Assembly (NCBI GenBank): GCA_964016885.1
Contig: OZ024752.1
Location: 12,400,001 to 12,464,000 of the forward strand
DNA: 64,000 nucleotides
Origin: Eledone cirrhosa
Lineage: Eukaryota
Direction of reading: 5' to 3'
This document shows, piece after piece, positions 26,697-38,757 of this stretch. Numbering within the stretch: position 1 is the first letter of the stretch; every line of letters begins with the position of its first letter. The position numbers and the translations under genes are program-made. Under the pieces are notes generated by a model. It searched no databases. It saw nothing but the letters and a program-made list of their open reading frames with translations, and was not told where the DNA came from.

Positions 26697-27110
26697 ATAA
26701 TTACATATACATATGTGTGTGTATATATTGTATACGTGTGCGTGTTTGTGCATGTATGTGTATGTATGTGTTTATGTATTTGTATATGTATATTTATGTG
26801 TGAGAGTGTGTGTATGTGTTTACTATTTCGTACGTATGTATATGTGCATTTGTGTGTATTACTTACCACGCGTGTCTGTCCAGTTGGCTGCCTTATGTAA
26901 CGGTGTCAAATATTTTTAATATATATATATATATTTTTTTTTCTTATATTTATTTGCGTGTGTGAATATGTAGAGGAGTGCATTTATGTATGTGTATGTA
27001 TGTACGTGTGTATATATGTATGATTGTGTGAATGTATGTATGTATATATATATGTGTGTATGGCTATGTTTGTATATGTGTATGCTTGTACACACATATA
27101 TGTATATGTA

Positions 27111-27146
<36 letters not shown>

Positions 27147-27148
<2 letters not shown>

Positions 27149-27261
27149 AGTTGAAAAAAATGAAAACGAAATTTCATTTCTCACTCTTAGTATGGCACTT
27201 ACTTAAATGTAAGTATGTATGTATACGTACATACATATATGTATACAGACGTACAGTAGCA

Positions 27262-27355
<94 letters not shown>

Positions 27356-27797
27356 TATACACATATGCATACAGGTACACATACATATATGCACGCATCA
27401 GTTTAGCCGACGTTTATTATAACGCCTGCTTTGTTCGTTTGTTTGTCAACAAATCGAACAGCCTGAATTTATGCCATACGGTGTTAAGGCAACCACGTCA
27501 CCTTTTTGTTCAACACTGACACAGGAATGATGTACTAGTTTCAAGCTTGTTAGCTATCATCAGTACCGTTTACCCATCTGCCAGATAGTTGAACGTTCGA
27601 AAATATATACTTTCCTTATGAAAATTAACGGCTGAGCAGCCTAATTTGCATATTGAGTGAGTTACATCGGTCAGGCATACCGAAAACGATAAGTTGAAAA
27701 AAATGAAAACGAAATTTCATTTCTCACTCTTAGTATGGCACTTACTTAAATGTAAGTATGTATGTATACGTACATACATATATGTATACAGACGTAC
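27147..27797 (-). mobile_element. pLTR-like cassette, family E, with ~110-bp direct terminal repeat and hammerhead at 27527-27569
   Basis: 27147-27256 repeats at 27689-27797. Minus strand reads CTGATGA tagct aaca agctt GAA ACTAGT A. Confidence 0.8.
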
Positions 27798-27804
27798 TAA
27801 TAAT

Positions 27805-29337
27805 ATATATATAATATATAAGATCAAAAGATGGTTAAAGAGTTCCATGTATTTTATTATGCGCATTTCAAAAACATATATCATCATGCAATAACATTTG
27901 CGTTTTCGTCAGATAAAATAGTGAGGCATGATATGAAGGTTAAAACACACTTGTGAATAGTGCAGTTTTAAATCAACATATGAAAAGTAGTTTTAGATTG
28001 ATGTGTGATATTGGGAAAAAAATGTTGAGGGGGTGGGGGTGGAAAGGATGAAAAAGAGGAGGAGATGAGAGTAAAAAGTGGAGGGGGAGGAGTATAATGA
28101 GGATGGATGAGATAGGAGGAGAGATGGGTGATAGAGAGAGAGAGATAGCTTTTATAACTGAGAAAAATATATTGTTTTACATAGAGAGGTTGAAAAACCG
28201 TTGGAAGATAATATATAAATTAAAAGAATATGAAAATTAACGAAGAGAAAAATTTAGAATAATGTTAAATTAAGGTTTGTATATTTAAGGGTTTAATAAT
28301 ATGTGCGATGAAAAGAAATTGTTAATATGTATTAAGAATAATATTTAAGGGTTTAATAATATGTGCGATGGAAAGAAATTGTTGATATGTATTATTAAAA
28401 AATATAAAAATATAGCAATAGTAATGTAATTAAGGATATATTGTGAAAGAAGTAGAAGATTGGATGAATAAGTGTAATATGTATAAGTTAGATGAGCATG
28501 AAAGGGAGAAAAAAATAATGAATTACTTTATATCACCTTGAAAAAATCCTTCGTAAACATAAATATTTTTTTGACGTTAAATTATTCATCCTCAAATCAT
28601 TATTTTTTTCTCTTTTTCATGCTCATCTAACTTATACATATTACACTTATTCATCCAATCTTCTACTTCTTTCACAATATATCCTTAATTACATTACTAT
28701 TGCTATATTTTTATATTTTTTTAATAATACATATTAACAATTTCTTTCCATCGCACATATTATTAAACCCTTAAATATACAAACCTTAATTTAACATTAT
28801 TCTAAATTTTTCTCTTCGTTAATTTTCAAATTCTTTTAATTTATATATTATCTTCCAACGGTTTTTCAACCTTTCTATGTAAAACAATATATTTTTCTCA
28901 GTTATAAAAGCTATCTCTCTCTCTCTCTATCACCCATCTCTCCTCCTATCTCATCCATCTTCATTATACTCCTCCCCCTCCACTTTTTACTCTCATCTCC
29001 TCCTCTTTTTCATCCTTTCCAAGCACCCCCCCCCCTCAACATTTTTTCCCCAATATCACACATCAATCTAAAACTACTTTTCATATGTTGATTTAAAACT
29101 GCACTATTCACAAGTGTGTTTTAACCTTCATATCATGTCTCCCTATTTTATCTGACGAAAACGCAAATGTTATTGCATGATGATATTTGTTTTTGAAATG
29201 CGCATAATAAAATACATGGAACTCTTTTAACCATCTTTTGATCTTATATATTATTTATACTCCAGTCCTACAAACTGTAGAGTGCTACTTATCCGATATC
29301 TGCATTGCTTTATTGTACTACAATAAAACTCACCTCC

Positions 29338-29340
<3 letters not shown>
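27805..29340. mobile_element. ~700-bp-arm fold-back Penelope-like 3' end (family C) with a hammerhead in each arm
   Basis: Arms at about 27805-28525 and 28595-29255; (TA)n on the right; hammerheads at 27850-27920(-) and 29144-29214(+). Confidence 0.85.
29144..29214 (+). ncRNA. Type I hammerhead ribozyme, family C
   Basis: tattttat CTGACGA [long stem II] GAA ATGCGCAT A ataaaata: perfect 8-bp stem I and palindromic stem III. Confidence 0.9.
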
Positions 29341-29381
<41 letters not shown>

Positions 29382-29382
<1 letters not shown>

Positions 29383-29551
29383 GTTATTCCGGGGTGAATC
29401 GGAGGTAACCACAGTAAATAAGGTACTCAATACATAGCAGAGTATAAAAGTTTTAATATAGATGAGATTCTACAGGACTAGAACTGTTTCATTCTTTAGA
29501 AATCATGATGATTTCTAAAGAATGAAACAGTTTTAGTCCTGTAGAATCTCA

Positions 29552-29556
<5 letters not shown>
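29382..29556 (-). mobile_element. Family A fold-back cassette with apex inside the hammerhead core
   Basis: ...GAAATCAT G ATGATTTC... joins two inverted hammerhead 3' halves; bulged hairpin at 29425-29443(-). Confidence 0.8.
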
Positions 29557-29585
<29 letters not shown>

Positions 29586-29651
29586 AGTGGTTACACAACA
29601 GTTAGTTCACCATACCGAGAACAATTGTTTCACCTTAGCGGATCCTCTAAG

Positions 29652-29689
29652 CGAGCTGAGGATCCGCTAAGGTGAAACAATTGTTCTCG
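29652..29689 (+). ncRNA. Type I hammerhead ribozyme, family O, in fold-back cassette 29586-29788
   Basis: cgag CTGAGGA t-cc-gctaa-gg-t GAA ACAATTGT T ctcg; arms 29586-29647 versus 29658-29721. Confidence 0.9.
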
Positions 29690-29784
29690 GTATGGTGAAC
29701 TAACTGTTGTGTAACCACTTCTACCTAACTCGTCCCATGGACTGAGTGCTCTACCACTACGGGTATTACCTTCCAGTGTTCTAC

Positions 29785-29845
<61 letters not shown>

Positions 29846-29849
<4 letters not shown>

Positions 29850-30402
29850 AAAGTTCTATTTAAAATTGTTGGGATACAACAAGTAAATATTTTTATAACT
29901 GATATAAAGCACTCGACAAGTATTTGGAGTAGATATACGATATTAATAAATGGAAACTATATTTATAAAACCATATTTATTTCATTATACATATTTCAGA
30001 GATACCAAATTAAATTATGGTATGCCTTCATCAGACAAAATACAATATATAACAGTTTTACAAATAAGCTTTGACGTACCCTTTTAAAATGCAACCATTA
30101 TTTTTGGAACCCATCTGGATAGTCCAGATGGCTTCCAAAAATAATGGTTGCATTCTTTCTTTCTTTCTTTCTTTCTCTCTTTCTCTCTTTCTTTTTACAA
30201 CTGTCCAAAATATTTTTTACTGCCAAATCAACTTCCCAAATGCAAGTCGATTGAAAAGTATGTCATATCTATTTATTTATAAGACTGTTTATATTGTATT
30301 TTGTCTGATGAAGGCATAACATATTGTTAATATGATATCCCTGAAATATATATAATGAAATAAATATGGTTTTATAAATATAGTTTCCATTTATTTAATA
30401 TC
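29846..30402. mobile_element. Family B inverted cassette with hammerheads at 29978-30042(-) and 30297-30362(+)
   Basis: tattttgt CTGATGA aggcata...ccct GAA ATAT(G/A)TAT A; internal hairpin at 30089-30153. Confidence 0.8.
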
Positions 30403-30536
30403 ATATATATATATATTTCCTTACCTTATAAAATTATGTTTTTTCACAAAAAAGTATTCTGTCTCTTATATATTCCATGTGCCATTACCAACCTCAATTT
30501 TCTCTATAACCTTCGTTTTGTGTAGAAAATTACACT

Positions 30537-30601
<65 letters not shown>

Positions 30602-30685
30602 GAAAAATTGAACAGGGACAGAACAGAGAGGCAGTACGATAAATGTTTATTAAATTCACGCTCAGGAGAGTGGGGGGTAGGTGGA

Positions 30686-30720
30686 GGACGACGTTTCGGG
30701 CATAAGCCCTTCTTCAGGTG
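30686..30720 (-). ncRNA. Minimal hammerhead motif, family G (weak stem I)
   Basis: CTGAAGA a-gggc-ttat-gccc GAA ACGT C. Confidence 0.7.
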
Positions 30721-30863
30721 AGAGTTCAAAAGGTGTGTAGGGGAGTGGTGGAGAGACATATAGCGAAAGGAAACGGTGCGAATGAAAAATTAACAAATAA
30801 AGACAAAAATATAATAAATAATAAATAAAAATAAAGCATGATCAAAATACAAGGAATGAGAAC

Positions 30864-30913
<50 letters not shown>

Positions 30914-31244
30914 GAAGGCGGTGTGGTAAGGAACCAGATGGACCATAACGCACCAGAGTACTCAATACTTAGGGTAGTAGAGTGGGTAATAGGAAAATGT
31001 TTAACCCCGACGGCAGAGCTCAAGCCGTTTCGACGGCTATTTCTGGACTACCCCAGACTAGTCCAGAAATAGCCGTTGAAACGGCTTGAGCTCTTCCGTC
31101 GGGGTTAAACATTTTCATATATATATATATATATTTATTTTTTCTTTCTTTCTCCCTTTTCTCTCTCTCCGTCTTTTTTTCTCTCTCTCCATCTTTTTCC
31201 TTCTCTGTAACACAACGACTTACTAATATAAGTAAACAACTCCA

Positions 31245-31700
31245 CTATCCCGATGTCTTCCAAAAGTAACGGTTGCATTTTGTAAGGGTATGTCAATATT
31301 TATTTATAAAACTGGTATATATTGTATTTTGTCTGATGAAAGCATACCATAATTTAACATGGTATCCTTGAAATATGTATAATAAAATAGATATGGTTTT
31401 ATAAAACCATATTTATTTCATTATACATATTTCAGGGATACCATATTAAATTATGGTATGCCTTCATCAGACAAAATACAATATATAACAGTTTTACAAA
31501 TAGCTTTGACGTACCCTTTTAAAATACAACCATTACTTTTGGAGGCTGTCTGGATAGTATAAGGAAATAAATATGGTTTTATAAATATAGTTTCCATTTA
31601 TTAATATCGTATATCTACTCCAAAAACTTGTCGAGTGCTTTATATCAGTTATAAAAATATTTACTTGTTGTATCCCAACAACTTTAAATAGATCTTTTGC
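31245..31700. mobile_element. Family B complex inverted cassette with hammerheads at 31325-31389(+) and 31414-31478(-)
   Basis: tattttgt CTGATGA...GAA ATATGTAT A ataaaata; tail-to-tail apex GGTTTTATAAAACC near 31401; bulged hairpin at 31617-31639. Confidence 0.85.
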
Positions 31701-31731
31701 ATATATATATGTATATATATGTAAAAGGTAT

Positions 31732-31764
<33 letters not shown>

Positions 31765-31802
31765 AAAAGGTATTTTATATATATGTGTGTGTGTGTAAAA
31801 GG

Positions 31803-31838
<36 letters not shown>

Positions 31839-31859
31839 TGTATATGTATGTATGTATGC

Positions 31860-32303
31860 GTACGAAGGGCCGGTTTTATGATGCCAGTGTGAGATGCGCG
31901 ATGCTGCATGGTAGTGAGACATGGGCAGCAACTGCAGAGGATATGCAACGGCTGGAGAGAAATGAGGCAAGCATGCTCCGTTGGACGTGCAATGTCAATG
32001 TGCGTGAACGACCAAGCATGGATGAGTTGAGAGAGTAACTGTGTATAAGAGGGATAGGTTGTAGTGTGCGGGAGAGGAGACTGAGGTGGTATGGACATGT
32101 GATGCGCATGGAGGATGACCGCTGGGTGAAGAAGTGTCAAGAAATCCGTGTAGAAGGAAGACGCAGTAGAGGAAGACCACGAAAAACATGGGCGGAGGTG
32201 GTGAGAGCAGACCTCAGATCGCTGAAGCTCACGGAGGAGATGACGAAGGACCGTGACAAGTGGAGAGATGCTGTGCTGAATAGGACCCGTCCAATAATGA
32301 TGA
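31860..32303 (+). mobile_element. RTE 3' fragment
   Basis: KGRFYDASVRCAMLHGSETW...RERRLRWYGHVMR...RGRPRKTW. Confidence 0.9.
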
Positions 32304-32551
32304 TATAAACTATATATAGATATAGATATACACATATATATATAAATATAAGTATGTATACGTACATACATATATGTATACAGACGTACAGTAGTATGTA
32401 TATACATACATGCGCACATATATATATGTACGTATGGGTTTACCGAACATTTATTATAATGCTCGGTTTGTTTGTAAACAAACAACCCGAATTATTAGCG
32501 GTACAGTGTTTACCAACCATCATTGCCCTTTCGTTCAACACTGACAAAGGA

Positions 32552-32594
32552 ACGATGAACTAGTTTCTAGCTTATTAGCTGTCATCAGCATCGT
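32552..32594 (-). ncRNA. Type I hammerhead ribozyme, family E (complete)
   Basis: acgatg CTGATGA c-agct-aata-agct-a GAA ACTAGT T catcgt; within inverted cassette 32345-32692. Confidence 0.9.
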
Positions 32595-33601
32595 ATACCT
32601 ATACGTCTGTATACATATATGTATGTACGTATACAAACTTATATTTAAGTATCAGCCGTACTAAGAGTGAGAAATGAAATTTCATTTTTTCCACATATAT
32701 ATATAATTATAGTTGTAAGTACTCATTTCGAAAAAAAATTTTTCTTTCAAATTACCTCCCTTAGATTGGTTCGCTATTCTATATACGTTTACCCTATTTT
32801 GATCTAGGGTTTATCAACAATACGAACCAACGAAAAAGTGGTATTATAGTGGTTTCTCGGTCTGTGAGAAAATGGCTATCAAATCTCACTAAAATCACGC
32901 CCTATTAAAAATAATTGTTTCTACTTTTGGCACAAGTCCAGCAATTATCTTTACTGGTACTTTATTTTATCGACCCCGTAATGATGAAAGAAAGGCAAAG
33001 TTAACCTCGGCGGGATTTGAACTCAAACCATAAAGGGACGTAGCCCACCACCCTTACTAAAAATAATATTAGCATACAGCCCAGAAAAGCAATTGAATGT
33101 TTGCAGATAGACACAATATATATTTAATTGTTTCTATTTTTGGCACAAGGCCAGCAATTACCCAGTGTATTACTGGTACTTTATTTTATCGACCCCGTGA
33201 GGATGAAAGGCGAAGTTAACCTCGGCGGGAATGGAAGGGAGAGAGAGGAGGGGAGAAGACATGCCTTAACAAAGGGCGCTGGAGTTTCCTTGGAAAATTT
33301 TTTAAGGAAAACCAACATACTTGCAGCCAGGGTCGCCAAGAGAGATTTTGCTAGGTGGTACAAGACCCCTTTGTGGCCCGAAGCAGGTAAATATTTTTCT
33401 CAAAATAAATGTTGCATGGTTGCTGTGGAGTCTACTTAGCGCTTGGGTCCCGTAACACAGTACCTACTGGACATCCTCCCCTTTCCTCTCATAGGCCCTG
33501 CTTGCTGCATTTCTGTGAGTGATGGCGAGATTAAGACACTAGAATAGCAAACAGTCTTATGGAACTCAATATTGGCAACATGACACTCCCAAAGTATAAC
33601 A

Positions 33602-33635
<34 letters not shown>

Positions 33636-33720
33636 AAAAGGTAAACAGAAATAACAACACAATCGGTACAGTATATGTAAGGGATATATTAGGTTAACAC
33701 TTGAAATAGCAGGAAGAGGG

Positions 33721-33756
33721 TCTTAACGTTTCGGACGCTAGTCCTTCATCAGAAGA
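33721..33756 (-). ncRNA. Minimal type I hammerhead ribozyme, family F
   Basis: tctt CTGATGA a-ggac-tagc-gtcc GAA ACGT T aaga. The downstream tail (33635-33720) recurs at 39655-39742(+). Confidence 0.85.
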
Positions 33757-34016
33757 AAGAATGAGAAATAAGATAGATTGATGGGACGGGTAGGTTGGAA
33801 TTGGAAAAAGAAAGTGTGGTAAGAAACCAGGTGGACCATTATGCACCAGAGTACTCAATACTTAGGGTACTAAGTGGGTAATAGGAAAAGAGTCAGGACC
33901 CCGACGGCTGAGCTCCGGCCGTTTCGACAGCTAGATCCGAACTAAGCCAACAGCATACAGCAGTATACCTGACTCTTTACCTATGTATGTTTATATATAT
34001 ATATATTATATATATA

Positions 34017-34056
<40 letters not shown>

Positions 34057-34060
34057 TATG

Positions 34061-34863
34061 TTACTAAATTCTGTGGATGAATTTATATCCTGATTCTCTT
34101 TTGAGATGAGTTTGAGTTATTTTTCCTAAATCTTTCGTTAACTACTTTTCCCATCTTGACGTTATAGTCGCATATATGTTATAGAATGCCGTTAGCTTCT
34201 TGCTAAAACAATCTCTATACCTCTCATTTATATTTATACTCGGATTCTTTTCCTAGAGTGCTTAAACTATCTGTGACTAATCCCGGTTTTTTTCATAAAA
34301 ACTGTGATAATTATTGCTATTTTGCTGAACTCCTTTGTAGAGTTTTTTTTCAGAATGTATTTGACTGCTATTTCTTGTAAATAAACATTCACTTCCATCC
34401 TGACGTCACTAGCCCCGTTTTTACCTCATGTGCTTTTTCATAAATACACATGAAGGCGAACTAGCCAGTTTTAGAATTCCCTTTTTCGGATTATATTACT
34501 GTGAGAGCCCTGGTTTTCTGTTGAGCTCTGCTGATGATTGAAATTCCAACCGTGACCATCTCCACTGAAAGTTTTCATGAAATAGTCTTTTAAGACTATA
34601 CAGAGCATTTGATGTTATTCCAAATTGAAGGATAAGTGTTTCAAACTTTATTTTATCATGAGTTAAAGGTCTATAGATTTTTCCCTGGATTTTACTAAAT
34701 TCTGTGGATGAATTTATATCCTGATTCTCTTTTGAGATGAGTTTGAGTTATTTTTCCTAAATCTTTCGTTAACTACTTTTCCCATCTTGACGTTATAGTC
34801 GCATATATGTTATAGAATGCCGTTAGCTTCTTGCTAAAACAATCTCTATACCTCTCATTTATA
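34061..34863 (+). mobile_element. Non-coding 631-bp unit with ~170-bp terminal direct repeat, embedded in (TA)n
   Basis: 34061-34232 repeats at 34692-34863; diverged single-unit homologue at 35636-36250. Confidence 0.85.
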
Positions 34864-36258
34864 TATATATTATATATATATATATTATATATATATTACC
34901 CAATTACAACCTTACCCAATTACACCTCCCAAAGACAATGACACACGACCGTGACTTCTGGCGTCACGCAGTAATACAGAGTACCCGACCTCCCATGGGT
35001 ACAAGCTGAAGCATATAAACAATATGCCCCCACACCCCCCACCGCAAGGTGGTCGTGGAGGTGCCACAGCAAAAAAGCACCCAGCCCACACTGTAAAGTG
35101 GACGTGTAGGCGCCACGAAAAAGTACCCAGCACTCACTGTAAATGAGGTTGGTGTTAGGAAGGGCATCCAGCTGTAGAAATCAAGCCAGATCAGTTCCTG
35201 TATGAGCAAGGCATGGTCAGCCGACCAGACACTGCACACAACAGGACAACCCGTCTAACCCATGCTAGCGTGGAAGAACGGACGTAAAACGGTGATGATG
35301 ATGATGATGATATATTATATATATATATATAATTGTTTCTACTTTTGGCACAAGGCCAGCAATTACCCAGTGCATTACTGATACTTTACTTTATCGACCC
35401 CGTAAGGATGAAAGGCAAAGTGAACCTCGGCGGGATTTGAACTCAGACCGTAAAGGGACGTAACTCTATGCTGCAAAGCATGGCGTCCGACCCTCTACCG
35501 ATACTGCCAATCCACCTGATATACATATATATATAATATATGTATATCATCATCATCATCATCATCTTCATTTAACGACCATCTTCCACGCTAGCATGGG
35601 TTAGATGGTATATATATTATATATATTTATATATTTAAACTCGGAGGATTCCTTGAGTCCTTACTATTTGTGACTAATCCCAGTTTTTTTTTTTAAACTG
35701 CGATAATATTGCTTTATGCTGAACTCCATATTTTTTGTTGAGTTTTTTCGGAATGTTTTGACTGTTGTTTCTTGTAAACAGATTTTCGTCTCATCCCGGC
35801 ATCTCTAGCCAGTCTCCACGTGTGTTTTGTTATTTCAATTCAACACAATGTTTGACTTGCCTGCTTTTAAAGTCCCCTCTGGTATATTTTAGCAGTGTGA
35901 TTTAGTTACCGTGTTGAGCACTACCGATGAACGATGCCTACCGTGACTAACCCCACTGAAAAGTTTCGTGAAATAGTCTTTTAAGACTATATAGTGCATT
36001 TGTAGATTACACCAAATTGACGGTTAAGTATTTCTTCTTGATTTTATTTTGAGTTAAGATTCTATTGGTTTTTTCCCCGGATTACACAAAGTCTGAGGAA
36101 AATATTTTTCTTCTTGACTTGTTTTGAATTAAGATTGAATTATTTATCCCATATCTTACGTTAAATATGTTTCATCTTGATGTTATAGTCACTTATATGT
36201 CTGAATTATTGTCGGCTTTTTGCTTACATTAATTTCTCTATTTTCATTTATATATTAT

Positions 36259-36289
<31 letters not shown>

Positions 36290-36290
<1 letters not shown>

Positions 36291-38757
36291 GGAGAGTAAC
36301 ATGGTGGTGGAACAGTAAGGTGGAGGGGTCAATTAAGGCCAAAAAGCAGGCTTGGAAAGTATGGCGGGATGGGGGAAGTAGAGAGGACTATCAAGTGGCC
36401 AGGAGGGAAGCTAGGAGACAAGTGTACTTAGCAAGAAGGGAAGCTGAGGAAAGAAAGTTCAAGCATGTTCTACAACGCGATGACCAAAAACGTGAGGTGT
36501 TCAGGATTGCTAGGCAATGCGTCAAGGAAAACCGTGATATTGTCGGGGAGAAGTGTGTACTAAACGACGATGGCACACTTGCCATCACCGACGCTGATAA
36601 GAAGGTAGCTTGGAAGTGTCACTATGAAAGGCTTCTAAATGAGGAGAATAATTGGGAGAAAGGCAGTCTCCCCCATATCGACCCAATAGAGGGACCAGCA
36701 GTGTTAGTCGAGGGGAGTATAATAAGTAAGGCAATCAAGGATATGAAGACTGGTAAGGCGGCTGGGCCTTCGGAAATAGTTGCTGAGATGCTGAAGGCAT
36801 CTGGCACGGTGGGACACACCATGGTCACCCGCATAGTTAACCAAGTCGTACAGAACGGGGTTGTTCCGAAGGACTGGCATAGCAGCATCATCGTTAACTG
36901 TTATAAGGGTAAAGGAGACGCCCTAGATAGGAGTAACTATAGAGGCATTAAATTAATCGACCAGGTCATGAAGGTCACGGAAAGAGTAATAGCGCAACTA
37001 ATCAGAGAGAGAATTGACCTAGATGAAATGCAGTTCGGGTTTGTGTCAGGCAAAAGTACCACAGACGCTCTTTTCATAGTACGACAACTACAAGAGAAGT
37101 ACCTAGCTAAAGGTAAACCCCTCTACTTAGCTTTTGTCGACTTGGAGAAAGCCTTCGACAGAGTCCCCCGCTCCATTATCTGGTGGGCTCTTAGAAAACT
37201 AGGCGTTGACGAATGGCTTGTGAGGGCTATACAAGCCATGTATAAAGAAACAGTCAGCAAGGTTAGAATTAACAACGAATATAGTGAAGAGTTTAGCGTA
37301 AAAGTCGGCGTCCATCAGGGCTCTGTTCTCAGTCCACTACTATTTATTATTGCCCTTCAGGCTATAACAGAGGAGTTCAAGACAGGCTGCCCATGGGAAC
37401 TCCTATACGCAGACGACCTGACACTCATAGCGGAATCAATGGCCGAGCTAGAGAAGAAATTCCAAACATGGAAGCACGGCCTAGAGTCAAAAGGACTTAA
37501 AATTAACCTGGCTAAGACCAAAGTACTAGTTTGTAGGAAAGAAAACAAGGCGGCGGTCCCTTCTGGGAAATGGTCGTGCTCGGTGTGTAGGAAAGGCGTA
37601 GGTAGAAACTCCATTTTATGTCCTAAATGCAAAGTATGGGTGCATAAAAGATGTAGTGGGATCACAGGTAAGCTAACTAAGAACATAGATTTTACATGTG
37701 GCCGGTGCTCTGGTGCAATAAGTAGCAGCAAGTGCCCACAAACTACTAGCTCTTTCAATTGCGCAGAGGGTTCTATAGAAATAGTGGACAGCTTCCGTTA
37801 CCTGGGCGATAAAATCAGCAGTGGGGGAGGGTGCTCTGAAAGTACTGTAGCTAGAGTCAGAACTGGTTGGAAAAAGTTCAGAGAGCTTATACCACTATTA
37901 GCTGCTAAAGGGTTCTCACTAAAAATGAAAGGCAGGTTGTACGATGCCTGCATACGAACAGCAATGCTGCATGGCAGTGAGACCTGGGCATTGTGTGCAG
38001 AGGATATACGCAGACTAGAGAGGAACGAAGCTTGCATGCTCCGCTGGATGTGTAACAGTAATATACGTGAACGGCAAAGCATAAACGAACTAAGGAATAA
38101 ATTAGAGATAAGAGGGATCAGATGTTGTTTACTCGAGAGAAGGCTACGTTGGTATGGACACGTGATGCGCATGAAAGTCGATAGCTGTATAACAAAGTGC
38201 AGGGCAATAAAGATAGACGGTAGTCACGGAATAGGCAGACCTAGAAAAACCTGGGACGAGCTGATAAACTCCGACATCACACACTTACACCTCTCCAAGA
38301 CAATGTCACTGGACCGAGACCTTTGGCGGTACTCAGTAACAGAGAAGACCCGCCTTACCTAAATATATAGTAAAACCTACTCCAGCCAGTAGGCATCTCT
38401 AACAAAATACACCCCGTCCCACCACCCCCACCCCCACCCGATCCACACCACCCCGTTCTATGTAAAGTTATGTTGGTGCCGCGCCATCGAGGCCGAAACA
38501 AATGAGATCGTGTAGGTGTCACGACAAAAAAACACACAGTCCACGCTGTAATGTGGCCGTGTAGGCAACACGGTAAAAACCTCCCAGACCCACACTGTAA
38601 ATGTGGTTGGTGTTAGGAAGGGCATCCAACTGTAGAAAACCTGCCAGACAGTCCTATGCGAGCAAGACAATCACTCTTGCCTCAAGTGGGACTACCCCCG
38701 TCCAAACCCATGCAAGCGTGGAACACGGACGTTAAACGTTGATGATGATGATGATGA

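Noticed and set aside
25998-27519. Many YI/CV-rich ORFs (also 39554-41494 and 45263-45907)
   Set aside because: They are translations of (TA)n/(TG)n microsatellites.
27805-29255. All palindromes as amplification or assembly chimeras
   Set aside because: Most arm pairs differ by substitutions or indels and have family-specific ends. Only the perfect 18375-18766 case remains open to this explanation.
34530-34548. CTGATGATTGAAATTC as a minimal hammerhead
   Set aside because: It has no stems and is not conserved in the homologous copy near 35925.
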